Source: Candidatus Woesearchaeota archaeon
Lineage (GTDB): Archaea > Nanobdellota > Nanobdellia > Woesearchaeales > GW2011-AR4
Length of the DNA: 30,203 nt
Direction: 5' to 3'
Assembly: GCA_016181305.1 (NCBI GenBank)
Contig: JACOZN010000021.1
Coordinates: 1 to 30,203, forward strand
The position numbers and the translations under genes are program-made. The notes beneath the pieces were generated by a model. That model did no database searches and was not told where the DNA came from. It saw only the letters and a program-made list of their open reading frames with translations. The stretch's first letter is position 1, and the number at the start of each line of letters is the position of its first letter. Shown in pieces: positions 8,651-15,502 of the stretch.

Positions 8651-9139
8651 CTACTTATATAATTTTCCAAACAAACCGACAAAGACATTTTGAGGCACCT
8701 TAATGCCGGCCTCGACAAAAGCCCTCGCAAAGCGATAACCGTCATTTTCCTCGTCGCCTTCAGCCCTGAACTCCAGCAGGTTCCTCAGGGTAAGGCTGCA
8801 CATAAAGCCTTCATTAATGTGGAATGCAACTTTTTTGCCGTTTTTTTCAATCCTTGCATTGGCTAAGTCAATCAAAAACTCATCTTTGCTTATGCCGTGC
8901 CTCAGAATCTCCCACTCAGCCAAATCCTTTATTATTTTTGCAAAATCGCCGCTTTGCAGGTAGGATTCAGCATCCTCAATATTAAAGTGTTTGAAAAAAT
9001 CAGCCTCATTTTTAAGATTGAGCCCGTAAACCCTCCCAATATAGCCTTTAACCTTCTGCCTGCTTCCCTTCCTCTTCCAGGAATTCTCTACAATGTATGC
9101 GTATTCCCTGCCCTTTATTTTCTTTATCCTGAAGAACAT
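8651..9139 (-). CDS. Hypothetical protein with basic N-terminal module resembling IS1634-type transposase N-termini; no catalytic domain
   Basis: MFFRIKKIKGREYAYIVENSWKRKGSRQKVKGYIGRV. At 162 aa it is too short for a DDE domain, and no terminal repeats were seen. Confidence 0.7.
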   Translation of the reverse strand: MFFRIKKIKGREYAYIVENSWKRKGSRQKVKGYIGRVYGLNLKNEADFFKHFNIEDAESYLQSGDFAKIIKDLAEWEILRHGISKDEFLIDLANARIEKNGKKVAFHINEGFMCSLTLRNLLEFRAEGDEENDGYRFARAFVEAGIKVPQNVFVGLFGKLYK

Positions 9140-9402
9140 TTTATTTGTTTTATTTTATTTGTTTTTATAGTATATTTATTCAATCGAATCCAACAGCAAA
9201 AGCAGGTCTCCTCTTTCGCTACTGCTTTCAGAGGAAGCTCTCGTTTGGTTTATTTTTTATGTATTTTATCAATAACATTTCAAAAATTTGTAATAAGTTA
9301 GGCACTATGAATTTATAAGCTTTTTGGTGGCTTTTAAGAATTATTTTCCTATATAAAATGATATTTTAGACGAACTTTGAAAAATATGGGAAATATCTTT
9401 TT

Positions 9403-9681
9403 TTACCTTATCTCCTTTGCAAATTCCTTTTTGAACTTTGCATTTGTCTTGTGCAGCCTTTCAACAGCATTTATAAGGGCGTTTCTCGGGCTTTCCTCGC
9501 CGTCAGTTTCCACAATAATCTGCGGCAGGCTTATCTGGGGGTGCCTTATGGAGTAAGTGGCAATCCTGACATGTTTGTCGTTGTACAGCTCAGCCTTCAG
9601 CGCATTGCAAAGAGTGTGGTCAGCGCCCTTTACTTCAATCATCAGTTTGCTTTTTTTATCGTCGAGAATTTTTATTTCCAT
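9403..9681 (-). CDS. rpoL: DNA-directed RNA polymerase subunit L (Rpo11)
   Basis: EVKGADHTLCNALKAEL...ATYSIRHP...IIVETDG pattern, 92 aa. Confidence 0.95.
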   Translation of the reverse strand: MEIKILDDKKSKLMIEVKGADHTLCNALKAELYNDKHVRIATYSIRHPQISLPQIIVETDGEESPRNALINAVERLHKTNAKFKKEFAKEIR

Positions 9682-9770
9682 TTTTCAGGGATTGTAGGGT
9701 TTCAGCCTTATTTAAAAACCTTTTGCTGCCTGATTTTGCCTTGCTTGCTTGTTTTTGTCGACGGCAAAAT

Positions 9771-10403
9771 TTATTTTTGCGCCTCAATCCTCAGGCAGCT
9801 TACGTCAATCCTGTGAATTTGCCGTCGATGAAATGAAAAAGTAGCCTTCAGCGGAAACTTGAAGTCCCAGGCATGGGTTATCACGGCATTTTTTCCCCTG
9901 AAAAACCGCTCCAAAAAGCCCTTAGTCTCACTTTTGTGGAAGGAGTACACAACAGGTGCTGTTTCAAGTGCCTTTTCGAGAAAAACAATGTCGCTATGGG
10001 CTGCTTTTGTGCCAAAAGGCGGGTTCTGCAGCACCGTATTAGCCCTTATCTTCAGCCTGCCTATGTCACCGGCAATAAGCTCGGATTTTCCCAGCCTGTA
10101 ACCCTCACTTTTCAGCTTTGAGATGTTCTTTGCAGCTGTTTCAAGTGCTTTTTCATCGTTGTCAGCCATATAAGCCTGCTTCGCACCCATCAATAAAGCC
10201 CCTATTCCCAGCATTCCCGTGCCGCAGCCTAAGTCAGCCACTTTATTTCCCAATATATCGCCAAGCAGGCAGGCATTCCACAGTACAGATGCCCCTATTT
10301 CGCTGTCCATCATGTACTGCTCCTGTCTCACTTTTGGCTCTGAAAAGCCCTCCAAGCGCGACAAAACGATCGCAAGCCCTGATTTTGAGGTGATTTCCTT
10401 CAT
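9771..10403 (-). CDS. METTL5-family SAM-dependent (rRNA adenine-N6) methyltransferase
   Basis: EQY motif, VADLGCGTG, QNPPFG, AHSD, FPLKATFSFH. Confidence 0.9.
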   Translation of the reverse strand: MKEITSKSGLAIVLSRLEGFSEPKVRQEQYMMDSEIGASVLWNACLLGDILGNKVADLGCGTGMLGIGALLMGAKQAYMADNDEKALETAAKNISKLKSEGYRLGKSELIAGDIGRLKIRANTVLQNPPFGTKAAHSDIVFLEKALETAPVVYSFHKSETKGFLERFFRGKNAVITHAWDFKFPLKATFSFHRRQIHRIDVSCLRIEAQK

Positions 10404-10667
10404 TTTAAACTCTCACTTTTCACGAGTAAAGTTGTATTAATACTTTATTTTCCATATTGAAAATAATATTTACAATTAATCTTCCAATTTTGCCCGAATT
10501 CAATTAAAATTCCTGCTCCTTGCAGGCAAAACCGGTATTTCGCATGTTTTTATTTAACTTCCTAAAAAATTATGCCTGATTCCATTCAACTGCCCGCTTT
10601 TTTTATTTTAATTTTTCATTTGCACAACCGTTGCAAAATTAATCTTGGGCCTGCCAATAAAACACCC

Positions 10668-10812
10668 ATTCCCAAAAAGTCCCAATACATTCCCAAAATT
10701 ATCCTATTTTAGTCTCAAATATATAACTTTATCGTCTATAATTATTCCCAATATGGTCTTACTATAATCCCAAAATATTCCCAAGAATGAAAAGATTTAA
10801 ATAATTGGGAAT
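10668..10812. repeat. Cluster of ATTCCCAA motifs: direct copies at 10668, 10689, 10744, 10777; near-copies at 10679, 10767; inverted copy at 10805
   Basis: Read directly. The copies at 10777 and 10805 straddle a TATA-like TTTAAATA (10796-10803). Confidence 0.85.
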
Positions 10813-10826
10813 ATCGGCACTCAACA

Positions 10827-11483
10827 ATGTTCTGGAAAAAAGACAATACGGAAAAAAGCCTGAGGCAGATGAACGATCTGCTGAAGAAGTCATTTGCAAA
10901 CGTAAAAAGGGACACGACAAACATTTTCCAGTGGATAAACTATTTCTACAGGAGGAGTGTCGAGCAGGAGCAGCTTGTAAAAAGGCTTCAGCTTGAGCTT
11001 TCGTACATGCCAAGAACAAGGGACGACATAAGAAGAATTATTGATGATTATTACTCTTTTGAGGGCATAATGTCAAGAATAAGGGAATTAAACGGGAAAG
11101 TTGAAGCGCTTGCTGTGGAGAGGCAAAGCGAGAGGCATGCCGTGCAGCAGGTGCAGCCCCAGCGTGAGATTATGGACCTGTCGCACATCGAGAAGCGGCT
11201 TCAGATGCTAGAGCAGAAAAAGCCCTCAATGAGAGAGAAGATAATAAAAAGGCTTACAAGAAACTCAAAGGAGTATGTGAAGAGCGTGATGCTTTCCTAC
11301 ATTAAAAAATACGGGAAGATATCGGCTTTGCAGCTCAAGGAAATGGTTGTTGACGAGCAGAATTTGTGCTCAAAAAGCTCGTTTTACAGGCTTCTTGAGG
11401 AGCTTGAGGAGATTGATGACATAGGCGTCATAAGGCAGGGCAAGGAGAAACACTATATCTCAAAGGCGAAGGTATTTCATTAA
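10827..11483 (+). CDS. Coiled-coil protein with C-terminal winged-helix domain
   Basis: 218 aa; heptad-rich N-terminus; C-terminal ISALQLKEMVVDEQNLCSKSSFYRLLEELEE...IRQGKEKHY. Confidence 0.8.
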   Translation: MFWKKDNTEKSLRQMNDLLKKSFANVKRDTTNIFQWINYFYRRSVEQEQLVKRLQLELSYMPRTRDDIRRIIDDYYSFEGIMSRIRELNGKVEALAVERQSERHAVQQVQPQREIMDLSHIEKRLQMLEQKKPSMREKIIKRLTRNSKEYVKSVMLSYIKKYGKISALQLKEMVVDEQNLCSKSSFYRLLEELEEIDDIGVIRQGKEKHYISKAKVFH

Positions 11484-11505
11484 AACGCATTAAAACATAA
11501 ACCAT

Positions 11506-11551
11506 CGAAAATTCTAAAGAATTTTCGGGGTTTCTGGAATTTCAAATTCCA
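11506..11551. promoter_or_regulatory. Two palindromes upstream of the second coiled-coil/wHTH gene: CGAAAATTCT-AA-AGAATTTTCG (11506-11527) and TGGAATTT-C-AAATTCCA (11535-11551)
   Basis: Perfect 10-bp and 8-bp inverted repeats just upstream of TATTTAAA. The first could also act as a terminator of the upstream gene. Confidence 0.55.
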
Positions 11552-11590
11552 AAAACTATTTAAACAACCTCTCTGCCCAGCATTTTTGGG

Positions 11591-12142
11591 GTGATTAATA
11601 TTTTTGGAAGAATTTTTCTTAGGGGGAGGAGTCTGTGCCTCAGCATCCTTAACAAAAGGCTGAGGGCGGAGTTTTTAGGAATAAAGCACGAGCTGGAGGA
11701 GCATTTGCAGGCAATAAACGAGAACACAAACGAGATAACTGCGAATTATGAGTACATCGGCGAGATAGAGGGAAAGCTCGACAGGCTGGGCGAGAGGGTT
11801 GACCAAATCCAGATGTTCCTTGAGTCAAAGCTTGCCATGCCGGCAGCCCAAAGGAATCGCTTTGAGTTAAAGAGGCTGAACAGGATGGAGCAGCGTGTTT
11901 TTTTAGTCATATACACTCTTGAAGAGGAGAAAAGCGGCGTGACTTACTATGACATAGCAGAAAGGCTTGGCATGTCTGAGCACCTTGCAGGCACTTACGT
12001 GACTTCAATCATAGAAAAAGGCGTTCCAATCCTCAAGAGGTACATCAACTCAAAGCCTTATCTGCGGCTTGAGCCAGAGTTCAAGACGCTTCAGGCCAAG
12101 GAAAACATACTCCAGCTGAGCTTGCAGGAGTTTGGATTCTGA
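11591..12142 (+). CDS. Coiled-coil protein with C-terminal winged-helix domain
   Basis: 183 aa; IKHELEEHLQAINENTNEI coiled coil; VTYYDIAERLGMSEHLAGTYVTSIIEKGVPI HTH. Start codon uncertain. Confidence 0.8.
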   Translation: MINIFGRIFLRGRSLCLSILNKRLRAEFLGIKHELEEHLQAINENTNEITANYEYIGEIEGKLDRLGERVDQIQMFLESKLAMPAAQRNRFELKRLNRMEQRVFLVIYTLEEEKSGVTYYDIAERLGMSEHLAGTYVTSIIEKGVPILKRYINSKPYLRLEPEFKTLQAKENILQLSLQEFGF

Positions 12143-12273
12143 AAACTTTTTATATTTGATAATAAGTTTTAAGCGCATATGTGATTAAAGCTGAAAGCGA
12201 GGCAACAGACTATTTTTCCTTTTTAGATAATGTTTTTATACTCGCTTGAATAATCCATTTTAAAGAGGTGATA

Positions 12274-12834
12274 TTGATCAGCTTTTTTGGCATAGTTTCA
12301 TCGACGTTCTTGGCTATATGGCACTTGTTCCTGCACTGGCTGAGCATATTCGCAGCCCCGATTGAAGAGCCCGAGATGTTCTGGATAATCATTCCTATAT
12401 GGATCAACTGGTTTTTCACTGAGTTTTACCAGGAGAAGAAAGGCACGAGCTTCGGCAACGCCATAAGCAACGGCGCGATTGCAATACTTGCAAGCATTGA
12501 CTGGGCAAGGTACATGCATCGCCTCATTGCAGACGGCATCATAACTAAATTAACTTTTGGAGTCTTTCTCAAATTTTTTACCGCATTTGCAGTTTTTGCA
12601 TACGGGATTTATGTCATTATTGCAGGCATAAAGACAAAAAAGATTGTTTTTTTCATCGGCAAAATAAGGTGGGTTACTTACATCCTTGTCATGTTCACCC
12701 CGATTGTATACAACGTCATAAGAATGGACATCTTTACTTTAATGGCAATACTTGCCTTTTTCCCGCTTTACTACGGCATTATCGAAATTTTTGACAGAAT
12801 AACACCTGAGCCCAGGACTTACCAGCATTCATAG
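12274..12834 (+). CDS. Polytopic membrane protein of unknown function
   Basis: About six hydrophobic segments; SD GAGGTGA at 12265-12271 points to TTG at 12274. Confidence 0.8.
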   Translation: MISFFGIVSSTFLAIWHLFLHWLSIFAAPIEEPEMFWIIIPIWINWFFTEFYQEKKGTSFGNAISNGAIAILASIDWARYMHRLIADGIITKLTFGVFLKFFTAFAVFAYGIYVIIAGIKTKKIVFFIGKIRWVTYILVMFTPIVYNVIRMDIFTLMAILAFFPLYYGIIEIFDRITPEPRTYQHS

Positions 12835-12850
12835 GCTGTCATAGGCTGTC
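12831..12850. repeat. Perfect 10-bp tandem duplication ATAGGCTGTC x2 at the convergent stop codons of the membrane gene and the recombinase
   Basis: Read directly. Confidence 0.9.
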
Positions 12851-13654
12851 CAGGGGGCTTTTCACTTTCTTAAGCTGCTGCGTTGAAACCTTTGTGTAAA
12901 TCTGCGTTGTTGACAGGTCAGCATGCCCGAGCAGTTCCTGGATTACCCGTATGTCTGTGCCTGCCTCGAGCAAATGTGTTGCAAAGCTGCTTCTTAGCGC
13001 ATGGCAGAAAACCCTTTTTTTTATGCCGGCTTTTTTTGCGGCTTCCTTGACAACCTTCTGGGCCTGCCTTGCTGTAATTGGGCGGTTTTTCACTGAAAAA
13101 ATATAGGAGCTTTCATCTCTTTTTGCCTTGATGTAATCAGTCAAATGCTGCATCAGTGTATCCGATAAAATGATATACCTTTCCTTGTTGCCCTTGCCGT
13201 GCTTGATTTTGCCGATTTTTTCAGCCAAGTCAAGATCATCAAGCTTTAATGAAACACATTCGCTCACCCTTAATCCTGAGGAGTACATGAACTCAATCAG
13301 TAATTTGTGCTTTGGGTTTTTGACAGCTTCAAGCATTTTTTTTATCTCTTGTTTTGTCAGCACTGTCGGAAGCTTCTTCTCTGATTTTGGGGCCTTGACT
13401 GCATTAAAGGCTGGATTCCGCAAGATTTCATTGTAGAAGAACTTGAGCGAGCTTAAGGCAAGATTTACGCTCCTTGGCTTGAATTTCCGCTCTGACATCA
13501 GGTAAGCAATGTAGCGCTTTGCATCATTCTCATCAACGCTTTGAGGCTCTTTCTTAACAAAATCAAGGAATTTCCTGTTGTGGTAAATATAAGAGTCAAC
13601 GGTTCGCTTGCTGAAACCCCTTATTTTCAGTTCTGTTTCGAGTTTGTCAAGCAT
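12839..13654 (-). CDS. xerA: Xer-family tyrosine recombinase (XerA-like)
   Basis: Intact catalytic residues: GLRVSE (R), GKGNKER (K), HALRSSFATH (HxxR), LLGH, TTQIYT (Y). SAM-like N-terminus and LPTVLT motif. No IntI-specific insertion before HxxR. Confidence 0.9.
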   Translation of the reverse strand: MLDKLETELKIRGFSKRTVDSYIYHNRKFLDFVKKEPQSVDENDAKRYIAYLMSERKFKPRSVNLALSSLKFFYNEILRNPAFNAVKAPKSEKKLPTVLTKQEIKKMLEAVKNPKHKLLIEFMYSSGLRVSECVSLKLDDLDLAEKIGKIKHGKGNKERYIILSDTLMQHLTDYIKAKRDESSYIFSVKNRPITARQAQKVVKEAAKKAGIKKRVFCHALRSSFATHLLEAGTDIRVIQELLGHADLSTTQIYTKVSTQQLKKVKSPLDSL

Positions 13655-13699
13655 TTTTCACCTTTTTCATTAAAACTTTGACAGAACTAGTATAAAAAA

Positions 13700-13725
13700 C
13701 TTCGCCCAATCCGTATTAGGCGAAC
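13700..13725. repeat. dif-like palindrome CTTCGCCCAAT-CCGT-ATTAGGCGAAC
   Basis: Inverted arms with AAT-N4-ATTA core, the same geometry as E. coli dif (CATAAT-GTAT-ATTATG); lies 46 bp upstream of the xer ATG. Confidence 0.6.
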
Positions 13726-13776
13726 ATTTGCGGACACTTTTTATAATTTCACTCATTAACATTCGTATTAACCAAC

Positions 13777-14313
13777 GAAATAATGGCTTTGATACGCATT
13801 AACTGATGTTTAAGCCTACTGCTAAGCTAAAAATGTAGCATTTTTTAATGCATTTGAAGTTTTTGGTGAAAATGCTCCATTAACTAAAAAAACAAAATCA
13901 ATCCTTCCACCCACCAAACCCCCACCCTCCCGCCCTATGACAATGTTTTTATATTTTGAAATTTTTGAAAGTAATAGATGAAATTTTGGAAAAAGTTGAA
14001 ATATTGGCAGAAAGGTGGTGTTATAGGTTTGATTATTGGATTAGTTAAAATACCATTTTTTGTCTTAATGGGAGAGAGTATGCCTTCTATTTTTGTCTAT
14101 TACGCTGGACTGATACCAGATCAGATGTTATGCAATTTTTTAAATTTAGGCTCTGGGGAAAGTTGTGGTTGGTTTGCCTTGATTTATGGTTTCATTTATA
14201 ATCCAATTTTTTTTGGGATGATAGGGATGATTCTAGGTTTATGTTATTCCTTAATTAAAAAAAAGAGTTCGTCTAATGCCCATAACTAATTTTACAATCA
14301 AAGCCATTATTTC
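13777..14313. repeat. Perfect 17-bp inverted repeat GAAATAATGGCTTTGAT (13777-13793) / ATCAAAGCCATTATTTC (14297-14313) flanking cargo gene 1
   Basis: Read directly. An outer inverted repeat also exists: 13724-13737 / 14382-14395 (14 bp) and 13713-13723 / 14436-14446 (11 bp). Confidence 0.95.
13978..14289 (+). CDS. Cargo gene 1: small AT-rich membrane protein
   Basis: 103 aa with 2-3 hydrophobic helices; TATA-like TTTTTATA upstream; 3' end overlaps half-site GTTCGTCTAAT (14267-14277). Confidence 0.75.
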   Translation: MKFWKKLKYWQKGGVIGLIIGLVKIPFFVLMGESMPSIFVYYAGLIPDQMLCNFLNLGSGESCGWFALIYGFIYNPIFFGMIGMILGLCYSLIKKKSSSNAHN

Positions 14314-14504
14314 TCCTTTTGTCTTCGCCTGTACTTTCGTAAAGCGAACTTTATTTCATAAAGTACAACAAAAGCATTTTTGTGTCCGCAAATGTCTAAT
14401 TTTTCTGCGGAAAAATTGGTGGGCATAAAGCCCACTCGCCTAATACTCGTTTCGTGGCAAAATCGAATTCCTTGCGTCATTCAGATTTATGGAAAACTAT
14501 CGTA

Positions 14505-14974
14505 AAATCGGGTTTGAGAACGCATTAACTAAAACAAATTCAATCCAGCCCCCGTCCAATCCCCCCCGCCACCCACCCCAACGTGAAAACGAGGATTTAA
14601 ATAAAAGAAGTATTCTAAAGAAAATAATGGAAATGATTGGAGAACATAAGTATAGAATTTCTTTTGTTTTGATAACTTTTGTATTTGTAGCTGTTATGGC
14701 ATATTTGCTTATTACCTTTAACTTAAACTCAACCTTCAAACAAATAATCAGCAATCCTATAAATTGGGTTATTATAATTATTATAGTTTATATATACAAA
14801 GATATTAAGCCTATAGTAAAACAGATATGGACTCAAACAGAGGTTAGAGATGATATAGAAAAAGAAACAAAAAATAAGTTGCAATTGGAAAATGAGAAGT
14901 TGAGACTTGAAATTGAAATATTAAAACAAAAAAGTCCGTCTAATAGCCCACGATGAAACACTCAAACCCGATTT
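14505..14974. repeat. Perfect 14-bp inverted repeat AAATCGGGTTTGAG (14505-14518) / CTCAAACCCGATTT (14961-14974) flanking cargo gene 2
   Basis: Read directly. Confidence 0.95.
14627..14956 (+). CDS. Cargo gene 2: AT-rich two-TM protein with C-terminal coiled coil
   Basis: Start moved from 14489 to ATG 14627 because 14489-14626 is the repeated non-coding leader, with TATA-like TTTAAATA at 14596. 3' end overlaps half-site GTCCGTCTAAT (14934-14944). Confidence 0.7.
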   Translation: MEMIGEHKYRISFVLITFVFVAVMAYLLITFNLNSTFKQIISNPINWVIIIIIVYIYKDIKPIVKQIWTQTEVRDDIEKETKNKLQLENEKLRLEIEILKQKSPSNSPR

Positions 14975-15263
14975 CACTCTTTGAACCTTCGCCTAATCCC
15001 TATGGATTAAGCAAACTTTTTAATAAAAAGTCCAGTTCAAACAAGATACTCGCCCAGCAAAGTTTAAAACCTTTCAGGCGTATAATACTCGTTTGGCAAA
15101 CTTTTCTGCGGAAAAGTCAAGCCATTGTGGGTTGCCTCAATGGTCGCCAAACTTTGGGCATTAGATGAACTTTTTTCCCAGAATTATCGACTTTGCCCAG
15201 ATTTTATGCCCGGAGGCAGGGCTTTTTGTGCAAAACACCCAAATATTTTGATTTTTGTTGTTT

Positions 15264-15416
15264 TCACCTGTGATACTTAGGATTCACTCCAATCGCTTTC
15301 ATCTCCTCTGCGCCGCACTCGTTGCACTTGTACAAGTCATACTTTGAATTGCCGCTCTGAATTATTCCTCTCTTCATCATGTTCTCGTTGCATTTCCTGC
15401 ATTTTACATCTGCCAT
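15264..15416 (-). CDS. 50-aa zinc-ribbon protein (missed by the ORF track)
   Basis: MADVKCRKCNENMMKRGIIQSGNSKYDLYKCNECGAEEMKAIGVNPKYHR*, with two CxxC pairs and a TATA-like element upstream. Confidence 0.8.
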   Translation of the reverse strand: MADVKCRKCNENMMKRGIIQSGNSKYDLYKCNECGAEEMKAIGVNPKYHR

Positions 15417-15502
15417 GGCTGTTTTTGTTCAGCGCTTGTTTAAATATCTTTGGATTTCTATTTATTATTTTTAATGTATTGCCTTTCTTTTGTTATTTTT
15501 AG

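Larger units (their letters stand above)
13699..15176 (+). mobile_element. Putative recombinase-associated gene-cassette array (two cargo genes plus structured repeat elements)
   Basis: Divergent from xer; repeated [G/C]TTCGYCTAAT half-sites, nested inverted repeats around each cargo gene, shared leaders and shared hairpin modules. Mobility is inferred, not shown. Confidence 0.6.

Noticed and set aside
9209-9235. Hairpin TCCTCT...AGAGGA with CTGAAAG/CGAAA on the minus strand resembling a hammerhead or SECIS
   Set aside because: The core does not match CUGANGA, the other hammerhead stems are missing, and no Sec gene is adjacent.
11484-11493. AACGCATTAA matching the cassette-leader motif
   Set aside because: An AT-rich 10-mer without the flanking inverted repeat or leader; plausible by chance.
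12839-13654. Canonical integron integrase (IntI) with canonical attC sites
   Set aside because: The IntI-specific insertion is absent, and the repeats do not have RYYYAAC...GTTRRRY ends.
14489-14626. N-terminal 46 aa of the track ORF 14489..14956
   Set aside because: It translates the inverted repeat and C-rich leader that are non-coding in the first cassette.
14953-15168. 71-aa ORF across the structured tail
   Set aside because: It coincides entirely with hairpin repeats, has no SD or protein motif, and the homologous first tail has no equivalent ORF.
13699-15176. CRISPR array
   Set aside because: There are no regularly spaced identical repeats with unique spacers and no cas genes.
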